From: Promethearchaeota archaeon
Lineage (GTDB): Archaea > Asgardarchaeota > Lokiarchaeia > Sigyniarchaeales > SOKP01
Assembly (NCBI GenBank): GCA_048941265.1
Contig: JBHLNT010000007.1
Span: 3,669 to 67,668 of the forward strand
Direction: 5' to 3'
DNA length: 64,000 bases
A program made the position numbers and the translations under genes. Numbering within the stretch: position 1 is the stretch's first letter; every line of letters begins with the position of its first letter. Shown one piece after another: positions 28,597 through 37,300 of this stretch. The notes beneath the pieces were generated by a model that was given only the letters and a program-made list of their open reading frames with translations, was not told the DNA's origin and searched no databases.

Positions 28597-29874
28597 ATGT
28601 CAGAACATAAGAATAATGAAATTTTAAGATCTAAAGGTTATTTCAGATATTTGATCTTTATATTAATACTTGCAAATATAGTTGATAGCTATGTTACAAT
28701 TGTGAATGGAATGTTTCCCTCAAAAATTGCGGAGGAATTTTTAAGCGGCTATTCAACTAACGAACAAAACGCTCTTATGGCTATAGGGGCAAGTATCGCA
28801 AGCATGGGGTATTATTTTATTTTTGTGAATCTATATTTAGCAGATAAAATTGGCAGAAAAAAAGTACTAGCTTATACAATAATCGGTATTGCCTTATCAT
28901 GCTTAATGATGATACTTTCTACCAATTTCTGGCAATATGTTTTTTTTTGGGCACTATTGTATTTATTTTTCAGTTCAGATCTATGGGCAATTTATATAAA
29001 TGAAGAATCAATAAAAGAAAAACGTGCTTTTTATCAATATATAATTCTGATTGGAGGTTTAATCGGACCAGTATTAGCAATAATTTTACGTTCTATTTTT
29101 ATCACAGAAACAAGGTCAGACTGGAGAGTATTATTAATAATTCCAATCCTAATAGGAATCCCGTTATCTATTATTGTGTTATTTACACTGAAAGAGACTT
29201 CAATATTTCAATTAATGAAAAAAGATCCCTCCCTCATTGAAAAACGGTCGTTCAGGGAAGATTTAAAAGCAATTTTTAGAACAGATCAACGAAAAGCATA
29301 CATTTCACTTTTAATTATAACCCTAGTCTTTGGAGCTGCAACAATATGGAGAAATTTATTTGAAAAATATATAACAGATGTAGGAATATTAACTCAGACT
29401 CAAATAAGTATTGTTTTTATATGGACTGTCCTAGCTGTTTTAATTGCTTTTCTTATTAATGGTTTACTCGCAGATAGAATTGGGAGGAAACCTTTAGTGT
29501 ACCTGTGGTCATGTTTATTGCCCGTAGGAGTAATGATCTGGGTTGTAGGTGCTCATGATCCGCAAAATGCTTTTATTATAGTACAAATAGGATTTGCCTT
29601 AATGCATGTATGCTTTTGGGGATTATTAACAATTCTTAGTCTTATAACTATAGAAACGCTCCCAACCGACAGAAGAGCATCGGGTGTGGGGCTTAGATGG
29701 TTATTTTTTGCTATTGGCACTACACTTGGTCTATTACTAAGCAGTATAGTCATTCTATTTTTAGGTTTAGGGATAGCTTTTATTATTTTCATATTGACAA
29801 TGTATATTATAGCACCATTAACCTACTTGAGCTTAAAGGAAACGAAAGGGATAGAACTGAGCGAAATTAAATAA
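28597..29874 (+). CDS. MFS transporter
   Basis: About 12 TM segments with motif-A-like loops in both halves: 'LADKIGRKKV' and 'LADRIGRKPL'. Confidence 0.8.
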   Translation: MSEHKNNEILRSKGYFRYLIFILILANIVDSYVTIVNGMFPSKIAEEFLSGYSTNEQNALMAIGASIASMGYYFIFVNLYLADKIGRKKVLAYTIIGIALSCLMMILSTNFWQYVFFWALLYLFFSSDLWAIYINEESIKEKRAFYQYIILIGGLIGPVLAIILRSIFITETRSDWRVLLIIPILIGIPLSIIVLFTLKETSIFQLMKKDPSLIEKRSFREDLKAIFRTDQRKAYISLLIITLVFGAATIWRNLFEKYITDVGILTQTQISIVFIWTVLAVLIAFLINGLLADRIGRKPLVYLWSCLLPVGVMIWVVGAHDPQNAFIIVQIGFALMHVCFWGLLTILSLITIETLPTDRRASGVGLRWLFFAIGTTLGLLLSSIVILFLGLGIAFIIFILTMYIIAPLTYLSLKETKGIELSEIK

Positions 29875-30062
29875 TGTTAAAAAAAATTATTTTTTTTAAC
29901 CTCTAAATCTCTCAAAAATTAAAGTTTTAGATGATCTTCTTGAAGAGTACGAATCTTCACACTATCTTTAAATGAAATGAATTATTTTCCTATTCAAACA
30001 TAATCGAAAATATTGATCCTTCAAATTTTTGATTGAGGGACAATTTTGGAGCATGAAATAAG

Positions 30063-31001
30063 TTGAAAGTTGAAAAATGTTCACAAGATTTAGAAAATGA
30101 AGTAATTTATGCGGGCCTTTGTATCCACTGTGGATCGTGCAATGCTTTTTGCCCACACATGGATTTCAACAAGGAAACTGGAGAAGCTTATGTAGTTGAT
30201 GAATGTACAGAAACAATAGGACTATGTTATAATGCGTGTCCAAGAAGTTTTTTACCAGTGAGAGAAATTGAACAGGCCTTATTTGGCCAAACTCGTACTG
30301 ATTTAGCAATTGGGGTTTATAAGGACATAATTATAGTGAAATCAAAAAATAAAGATGAAATTTTATACAACCTTATATCAGCTGCATTTGAGAAGGGTAT
30401 TATTAAACATTTAGTTATAGGAAAACCTAAAAGTAAGAAGCCTCCCGTAGCATTCCCCGAAGTAGTTGATAGCGCAAAAGATGCAAAGTCATTAATCCCT
30501 AAGGCTTCTATGGACAATGCTGGACCATTAATTACTGGAATTGGTAAAGCATATTTGGATAAAAAAAAAGATATAGGTATTATTGCAAATCCATGTCATT
30601 TGCAAGGTTTAGCAAAGATTCTTGTAAGTGACTTTAATACGGGAGCTGAAAGAACTTCATTAAGAATAGCACATGCATGCTCTTCAGGTGGCATGGCGGG
30701 ATGTAAGTATTGTACAGATTTTTCAGGAGAATTTTCAGACATATCTTATTCTCCAATGGGTGCTCCTAAAGGAGAAGCAATGTTGATTATAAGAACTGAT
30801 ATTGGTCAACAGGTAGTTGACGCTGCAAAAGAGATGAAACTAATAGAAGTGACAAATGAAAATCCTGAGCTTAGTGCAATGAAAAATTTTATTAATAAAA
30901 AGCGTAAGAAGAATTTCAGAAATCTCATGGGTAAAGATTTAGTAACTGCAAAATATTTAAAGCTAAATATTGAAGAAATCAGAGAACTTCTTGAGGACTG
31001 A
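30063..31001 (+). CDS. FrhB/FdhB-family (coenzyme F420 hydrogenase/dehydrogenase beta-like) iron-sulfur flavoprotein
   Basis: TTG start. Ferredoxin-type 'CIHCGSCNAFCPH' and 'CYNACP'. FrhB-type blocks 'IGIIANPCHLQGLAK' and 'CKYCTDFSGEFSDISYSPMG...LIIRTDIG'. Confidence 0.65.
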   Translation: MKVEKCSQDLENEVIYAGLCIHCGSCNAFCPHMDFNKETGEAYVVDECTETIGLCYNACPRSFLPVREIEQALFGQTRTDLAIGVYKDIIIVKSKNKDEILYNLISAAFEKGIIKHLVIGKPKSKKPPVAFPEVVDSAKDAKSLIPKASMDNAGPLITGIGKAYLDKKKDIGIIANPCHLQGLAKILVSDFNTGAERTSLRIAHACSSGGMAGCKYCTDFSGEFSDISYSPMGAPKGEAMLIIRTDIGQQVVDAAKEMKLIEVTNENPELSAMKNFINKKRKKNFRNLMGKDLVTAKYLKLNIEEIRELLED

Positions 31002-31013
31002 CAAATATCCATC

Positions 31014-31031
31014 TTTTTTTTCCTTTTTTTT
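31014..31031 (+). terminator. oligo-T tract (T8-CC-T8) downstream of the FrhB-like gene
   Basis: 'ttttttttcctttttttt' begins 13 nt after the stop codon. Confidence 0.4.
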
Positions 31032-31069
31032 ATTAATAAGAATTCTGATTTTTACTTAATTGCCCTAAT

Positions 31070-31600
31070 TTAAGTAATTTTTTTTTCCAATATCCCCTCT
31101 GTTAATTTCTGAAAAATAAGTTGATTATTTTCACCTGATTTAGATGAGGTTTCAAAGAAGTAATCAATTTTAAACTTATCTTGAAATTGTTTTACATCGT
31201 TAAAATCAATAACTCTTCTATCAGCTAAATCTAACTTACAACCTACTAATACAAACACAGGATTGGCAGCATTATCTCTCACAATATTATACCATTCAAT
31301 TAAATTCTCGAAACTATGATATCTGGTAATATCATAGCAAAGAACACAACCCAATGCTCCTCGAGCATAATTTGGTAAGAAAAACCGAAATCGCTTCTCT
31401 CCAGCAAAATCCCATATTTGTAATTTCGCAGAACCTTTATCTCCCATATCAATTTGGATAGAGGCTAAGTCTGTCCCTATCGTAATTTTTTGAGGTATAA
31501 ATAGTCCTGTTGTTAGTCTTTTAACCATTGTCGATTTTCCTACACCACCATCACCGACAACAATTACCTTAAACAGCAATTGTCGAGACATTGTACTCAT
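31070..31600 (-). CDS. Ras-superfamily small GTPase (Rab/Ras-like), no prenylation motif
   Basis: G1 'GDGGVGKST', switch I 'TIGTD', G3 'WDFAGEKRF', G4 'GCKLD', G5 'ETSSKSG'. The C-terminus 'ILEKKIT' lacks a CAAX/CC motif. Confidence 0.85.
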   Translation of the reverse strand: MSTMSRQLLFKVIVVGDGGVGKSTMVKRLTTGLFIPQKITIGTDLASIQIDMGDKGSAKLQIWDFAGEKRFRFFLPNYARGALGCVLCYDITRYHSFENLIEWYNIVRDNAANPVFVLVGCKLDLADRRVIDFNDVKQFQDKFKIDYFFETSSKSGENNQLIFQKLTEGILEKKIT

Positions 31601-31636
31601 CTAATTTAATAGTTATAGTTATTAATATATAAATTC

Positions 31637-32515
31637 TTATTCCAATCTTAGCTTTTTTTTAAAATTTTCATTTAACAATATAAGGTGTTCTAAAATTTTG
31701 TTTTGAGTTAATTCAGGTAATGAACTTAAGATTTTTTCTAATTTTTCTCTGTTAAAATCATTAATATCCCTATAATTAATGATTAAAAAGGCAATACTAA
31801 TAATAGGTGGTGTGGCTATGAAAACATAGATCATAAATGATAATTTAATTGGTTCTGAATTTTCAAAACCTGTCCCTGGTAAGCTATATTCAAATCCCGG
31901 CATAATATTATCGAAAAATGACAAAGCAAATAAGATGTTTAATATATTCAAAATTATAAAAACTAAAAAATTAATAATAGAAATTATTTTAAAACTTTTC
32001 ATTTTGAGGAAAGAAATCACATTATCTAAATTATTATGATCTTTTCCAGAATTTTTAGGATCAACACTTTCTAACTTTATCTCTATCTTACTATATTTCC
32101 ATAAATCAATAAACACTGAATAAAAACCAAATGTGTAAAAAAATATAAATATTGAAATGAAATAGATGAAATAATTATCAATTAACTGGGGATGATAAAG
32201 CGATTCTGCCCCAAACCAGAATAATAAAATAATTTGAATGAGCGCACTAAAGTTTAATCTATGAGAAGAAACTTTTTCTGATCCTAAAGGATTGTAAATA
32301 ATGAGATTATCGTCAGTGTTGCTTTTTTGTCTTATAGTATCGATCATTTTAAAAAGTAAGGCAAAAACGAAAGTAATAAGAGGAAATAGAAGTAAAAGTA
32401 TATTATCCCAGTCTTGGGCAATGACAAGAATGAACAAGAATGAAAATAGAACTAAATCTCGCAAAAAACTTTCAGAAATCAAATCTTTAAACTGTGGCTT
32501 ATTTTTAATGCTCAT
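31637..32515 (-). CDS. polytopic membrane protein, unknown function (immediately upstream of the small GTPase)
   Basis: 292-aa ORF with about 7 hydrophobic segments. Its stop lies 36 nt from the GTPase start on the same strand. Confidence 0.55.
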   Translation of the reverse strand: MSIKNKPQFKDLISESFLRDLVLFSFLFILVIAQDWDNILLLLFPLITFVFALLFKMIDTIRQKSNTDDNLIIYNPLGSEKVSSHRLNFSALIQIILLFWFGAESLYHPQLIDNYFIYFISIFIFFYTFGFYSVFIDLWKYSKIEIKLESVDPKNSGKDHNNLDNVISFLKMKSFKIISIINFLVFIILNILNILFALSFFDNIMPGFEYSLPGTGFENSEPIKLSFMIYVFIATPPIISIAFLIINYRDINDFNREKLEKILSSLPELTQNKILEHLILLNENFKKKLRLE

Positions 32516-32607
32516 TTTTTAATAGAATTATCTAAATAAATTAAGGTTTATAGATATAATTTTTATCCATTAGAATAATTAAATCTCTTAAAAATGAATT
32601 AAAGTCT

Positions 32608-33006
32608 TCAAACATTTTCGGATGATAATTTACCAATATAATTTACAGAGGTTCTTTTTTTCCCGATTTTTGTGAATTTAAATTGAATTTTTTTTCTAAT
32701 CTCTCGACTATAGAGTGCTGTGATCAATAAAACAATAGCAAGAAGAATTACTAATAAATAAAGTTGAAAGTATAACAAAATAATTAAAATAATGATTTGT
32801 ATCCCTACTAAAAAACTATAGATTCTTAATAAGAAGTTCATAAAAAATCTAGTATATACAAATAATCCCTTTTTATAATGATTAATATTTAGAGCTTTAA
32901 GTTCGGATTCAATATGTTTCTGAGCTTTTATCTCTCCATCTGAACCTGGTAAAAGAGGAAAAGAGAGTTTTTTTACAAATTCTTCACAAGCGAATCTATT
33001 ATTCAT
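32608..33006 (-). CDS. small membrane protein (132 aa), unknown function
   Basis: ORF with a soluble N-terminal ~45 aa and two hydrophobic helices. Same strand as the two downstream genes. Confidence 0.4.
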   Translation of the reverse strand: MNNRFACEEFVKKLSFPLLPGSDGEIKAQKHIESELKALNINHYKKGLFVYTRFFMNFLLRIYSFLVGIQIIILIILLYFQLYLLVILLAIVLLITALYSREIRKKIQFKFTKIGKKRTSVNYIGKLSSENV

Positions 33007-33128
33007 ATTAACATATTGCCTGTTTTTTTTTTTAAAAATAATCTTAATAATTAAACTTTTATAGTCCTTATTAATTTATAAAGGGTCAATCAGCTAATAT
33101 ATTATAATCAAATTTAACGTAAAATACT

Positions 33129-35315
33129 ATGAAATTTTGTCCCGACTGTCAAAATCTTTTATATCCTATGAAAAAAGGTCTATATTGTAAATTTTGCCAT
33201 AATTTTTTTAACAATAAAGATGGTAATTTAAAAGAAGAAGTAAAAAGCATAACTATTAATAAAAGTAAACTTAATATGAATGATTTATCGAGCGAAATAA
33301 AAGGTAAAAAAAAAAATAATATAAAATTACCTAAAAATATGAATTATTTACATTTCTTTCCTTACGAGCAATTTAGAGAATCCCAGGAAAATATTATTAA
33401 AGAGATTGAAATAAACGCAAGGTCTAAAAAGATTGTTTTATTAGTCGCCCCAAATGGTACTGGAAAAACTATTATTGCTTTAAGTAGTCTTCTTCCCCTT
33501 GCTATTGAAAATGATCTGAAAATAGTCTATCTTTGCCGTACCCATTCTCAAAATACAAGAGTTATCAAAGAATTAATTAAAATTTCAAATTTTATTAATT
33601 TGAACGAAATAAAGGGTGCCAAAATAAATGGATTGTCAATAAGGGGAAGAAATGAAATGTGTCTAAATAAAACATTATTATCGTTGAAATTAAATCCTCG
33701 GGAATCAATGGCCGTTTGCAGAGACTTAAGAAAAAACAGAAATTGCACTTATTTTTTGAATTTATTGAAAAAAAGGGATGAATTTGACAAACCTGTACTA
33801 ATAGCTCCAAAACTTTTTGAAAATCCCATTGATGCTGAAGATCTTATTAATTTTTGTAACAATAATAAGATCTGTCCTTATTTTTTATCTAAATTCCTTT
33901 TAGAAGAAATGAGAGTAATTATTTGTAATTATAATTGGATTTTTAATCCGTTTATACGAGAGTCTTTTTTAAAATTTATAGGGCGCGAAATTGATAAATG
34001 TATTTTAGTAATTGATGAGTGTCATAATATTATTGATGTGGCAACGGATGTTAATTCAGAAAGAATAACACCATATTCATTAAGAATTTGTTTGAAAGAT
34101 TTAGAAATGTATCAATCCCCTGTCTTAATGCAAAGTTTCGTTAATATCTTATATGATCACCTTAATAAAAAGAAAGAAGTTTTAAAAATAGAGGAAAAGG
34201 CAATAGTTCCAGACATTCTTTTAGAAAAAATGTATAAAAAGCTTGGTTTAGCCGATTTAAACGAATTTGAAAATTTTATTAAAGATCTACACGAGTTTAG
34301 CATAGCAATCCACGAGGAAAAACTAGCCAATGGTGAAATTTCGAGAGATTTTGTAGGGGCATTAGCAGAATTTTGGTTAAAATGGATTAAAGTTTATTCA
34401 TTAGAGAATTATTTTTTTTGTTATAATATCCAAAAATTAAAAGAAAAAGCTAATATAGCAATTGAAATAGTTGCATTAGATCCCAGGGAAATTGCCATAC
34501 CGATTTTGAAAAATTGTTATTCCTGTTTAAATCTTTCCGGAACAGTTAATCCATATGTTTTTAATAATTTAATGGGTTTACATGAAAGTGGGAAGGGTTT
34601 TAAAGGAATTATTGCAGATTCACCATTTAAAAAGCAAAATATCAAAGCAATTATTACCGAAGGTGTAGATACTAAAAGAGAAAGTAGAAATACTCATATG
34701 TATAAAAAGATGATAAATAAAATCAATGAGGTTTTATATTGTACCCCCGCTAATGTCGGCATATTTTGCGCCTCATATAAAATTTTAAAGGGTTTGCTTG
34801 AAAATGATCTTGAAATCACAGTACAGAAAAATAATAAAAAATTGTTTGTTGAAGAACCTGGATTATCTGCTTCAGAAAATGCTTTTTTAGTAAATGATTT
34901 TAAATCAATGGCTAGTAATCATGAAAATGGCGCTGTTTTATTAGGAGTATGTGGGGGAAGGAATTCTGAGGGTGAAGATTATCCCGGAGATTTTATGAAC
35001 TCCGTAATCATCGCTGGATTTCCATATCATTTACCAACTCCTCGGGTCAATGCAAAAATAGAATATTATGATAGGGTTTTTAATAAACAGGGCTGGAATT
35101 TTGCTTATTTATATCCTGCCGTACAACGGGCAAATCAAGCGTCTGGTCGACCAATAAGAAAAATAGTTGACAAGGGTGCAATTATTTTCATGGATTCCCG
35201 ATTTAAAGATAAACATAAATGGATCTCTGAATGGATTCGAAAAGAGTTAGAAATTGTTCCCGATAAGCAGAATGCGATTATTCAACATTTATATCCATTT
35301 TGGAATTCTAGTTAA
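33129..35315 (+). CDS. xpd: XPD/Rad3-family SF2 helicase with N-terminal Rpb9/TFS-type zinc ribbon
   Basis: Walker A 'VAPNGTGKT', 'DECHN', four FeS-domain Cys ('EMCLNK','AVCRDL','RNCTYF','KICPYF'), and C-terminal helicase motifs ('GGRNSEGEDYPG','QRANQASGRPIR'). N-terminus 'MKFCPDCQNLLYPMKKGLYCKFCHN'. Confidence 0.85.
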   Translation: MKFCPDCQNLLYPMKKGLYCKFCHNFFNNKDGNLKEEVKSITINKSKLNMNDLSSEIKGKKKNNIKLPKNMNYLHFFPYEQFRESQENIIKEIEINARSKKIVLLVAPNGTGKTIIALSSLLPLAIENDLKIVYLCRTHSQNTRVIKELIKISNFINLNEIKGAKINGLSIRGRNEMCLNKTLLSLKLNPRESMAVCRDLRKNRNCTYFLNLLKKRDEFDKPVLIAPKLFENPIDAEDLINFCNNNKICPYFLSKFLLEEMRVIICNYNWIFNPFIRESFLKFIGREIDKCILVIDECHNIIDVATDVNSERITPYSLRICLKDLEMYQSPVLMQSFVNILYDHLNKKKEVLKIEEKAIVPDILLEKMYKKLGLADLNEFENFIKDLHEFSIAIHEEKLANGEISRDFVGALAEFWLKWIKVYSLENYFFCYNIQKLKEKANIAIEIVALDPREIAIPILKNCYSCLNLSGTVNPYVFNNLMGLHESGKGFKGIIADSPFKKQNIKAIITEGVDTKRESRNTHMYKKMINKINEVLYCTPANVGIFCASYKILKGLLENDLEITVQKNNKKLFVEEPGLSASENAFLVNDFKSMASNHENGAVLLGVCGGRNSEGEDYPGDFMNSVIIAGFPYHLPTPRVNAKIEYYDRVFNKQGWNFAYLYPAVQRANQASGRPIRKIVDKGAIIFMDSRFKDKHKWISEWIRKELEIVPDKQNAIIQHLYPFWNSS

Positions 35316-35374
35316 ATTTTCATTATGTAAAATAATTAGAATTAAATTTTAGCTGATGAAAAATTCCTACATTG

Positions 35375-37162
35375 CTAATTTTTAATATGTAATTTCATGA
35401 CTTTTTTATATAAATCATCCAGCTTTTTCGTGACTATTTGCCACCTAAAATGCTCTTTAACTCTCCTATAACAGTTTTCTCTGATCTTATTATAATAATT
35501 TTTATCTGATAAGACTTGATTTTTAATAACTTTATCAGGTATACTATTTGCTACTGAAACATATTGATTGTCATTCATAGAATTGGAAATTTCCGCTAAT
35601 TTAAAAATTGATATTAATGCTTCTGAAAATTGAATTGGATTATCCTTTTCAATCAATATCCCAGTTCCGTTTTCAGGATCCGTTCGAACATCTATAATTG
35701 ACTCCTGTAAACCTCCAACTTTAGTAGCAATCACAGGTAATTTTGAAGCCATTGCTTCTAATGCCATTATACCAAAAGGTTCCCATCGGGATAATGCGCA
35801 ATATGCATTTGATCCAATATGAGCGATTTGAAAAATTTCTGCTGCGATTCCAAAGACAATCCGTAGATTATTGGGATATATTTTAACAAATTGAGCATAC
35901 TCTTTAATTTCACTTAAACTATATTCTGTTGGAAGGATTAACAGTAAAAACTTTGCCTCAGGAATAACTTTTATCACTTCCGGAATTGCTTTAAGTATTG
36001 TATCAAAACCTTTTTGACGCGATATTCGTCCCGTTGCTATAATTAAAGGACCAGTTTTATCAAAAGACTTAACACCTCCATTTTTCATAAATGGATCTCT
36101 ATGAGAAATCTCATTTATCGCGGCTAATACTTTTTCTGATTTAACTAAAGGACTCTGTTTTAGATGACTAATTTTATAAGTTAATAAATAATCTTTCATA
36201 TGATTTCTAGTTATTAAAGACCGACTTGGAATTTGTAGTACTTCACAAATCTCATTGCCCAGCTTATCAATTATATTTTTATAAGACTCGTCATAATCCC
36301 AATCACAACCATCCCAAACAAAATCAGATTTGAATTTAATTAAATCTTTGCCGAGATTAGGTATAATATCTGAATGCAAATAAGATTCACTTACAGTTGT
36401 AACCAAATCGGCAATAACAGCTCCTATCTTTTCTATTGTTGGAAGATTAGATTCTGCAGTTTCATTTTGAGGTTCCTGACACAATTTAAAAATTTCTTGA
36501 ATGGTTAATAATTTGAAACCCTCATTTAAAAGAATCTTGATAGGACTTTTATCAATTCCACACGCATAAAAGTAGTCTAGTTTCTTTTTAGGGTAAGTTA
36601 ATAGATGAATAGTTATTATTGATGGAACATCCAAATCATTCTTGATTAATTCTTGTTTAATACATATAAATGGTATTACAACATGATAATCATGCATATG
36701 AATGATATCCGGTATAGCTGTTTTATGATTAATAATCAAATTTCTTACATAATCTCTCATTCCAATACTAAATAAAAGCATTTTCAAATCAAAAGTATCA
36801 GGATGATATACAATAGTATCATCTAAGTATTTGCTAGTGAAAGCATTCTCTCCTGCTAATAATATTATATTTATTCCATTTAATTTGCATTTAAAATAGG
36901 AAATCTCACAAATAATTTTTGATTCAGCCATTCCTAGGTGTTTAATATCAAATTCTTGTTTACAAATAAATGGTAGTTGCTCTAATTCTGTAGACTCTTT
37001 TAATCGCTCAATTTGTCCGTGAGAGGGAATAAAAACGGTGACTTCAAAATTTTCTTTTAAATATTTTGCTTGGTTAGCAGGAACTTCGCCAAGACCACCA
37101 ACTTTGGCAACACCCGCGTATTCAAATGTAAAGATCCAGACTTTTTCTTTCTCTTCTGTCAA
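35375..37162 (-). CDS. glgA: glycogen (starch) synthase-like GT-B glycosyltransferase
   Basis: N-terminal 'FTFEYAGVAKVGGLGEV', 'IIHMHDYHVV', 'GRISRQKG', 'SRWEPFGIMALEAMASKLPVIATKVGGL'. Parallels archaeal glycogen synthases. Confidence 0.82.
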   Translation of the reverse strand: MTEEKEKVWIFTFEYAGVAKVGGLGEVPANQAKYLKENFEVTVFIPSHGQIERLKESTELEQLPFICKQEFDIKHLGMAESKIICEISYFKCKLNGINIILLAGENAFTSKYLDDTIVYHPDTFDLKMLLFSIGMRDYVRNLIINHKTAIPDIIHMHDYHVVIPFICIKQELIKNDLDVPSIITIHLLTYPKKKLDYFYACGIDKSPIKILLNEGFKLLTIQEIFKLCQEPQNETAESNLPTIEKIGAVIADLVTTVSESYLHSDIIPNLGKDLIKFKSDFVWDGCDWDYDESYKNIIDKLGNEICEVLQIPSRSLITRNHMKDYLLTYKISHLKQSPLVKSEKVLAAINEISHRDPFMKNGGVKSFDKTGPLIIATGRISRQKGFDTILKAIPEVIKVIPEAKFLLLILPTEYSLSEIKEYAQFVKIYPNNLRIVFGIAAEIFQIAHIGSNAYCALSRWEPFGIMALEAMASKLPVIATKVGGLQESIIDVRTDPENGTGILIEKDNPIQFSEALISIFKLAEISNSMNDNQYVSVANSIPDKVIKNQVLSDKNYYNKIRENCYRRVKEHFRWQIVTKKLDDLYKKVMKLHIKN

Positions 37163-37300
37163 TATTGTTCAATTTATCTCTAAAACTAAATAAATATACT
37201 AAACTTAGTTAAATAATAGTAATATTTTTTTTCAATTTTAATTAAAAGAAATTTAGGATTTTCATAAAATAAAATAATAAAGTAAAAATGGATAAGAATT

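Noticed and set aside
32608-33006. The N-terminus 'SFPLLPGSDGEIKAQKHIESELKALN' and the C-terminal 'TSVNYIGKL' resemble the N-terminal region of M28-family peptidases ('R..GS.GE..A..YI...L' and 'NVIA.L'). This suggested a truncated M28 pseudogene.
   Set aside because: The resemblance rests on two short patterns. The key Arg is Leu, no metal-ligand motifs are present to test, and the downstream gene shows no peptidase remnants. This is insufficient for a pseudogene call.
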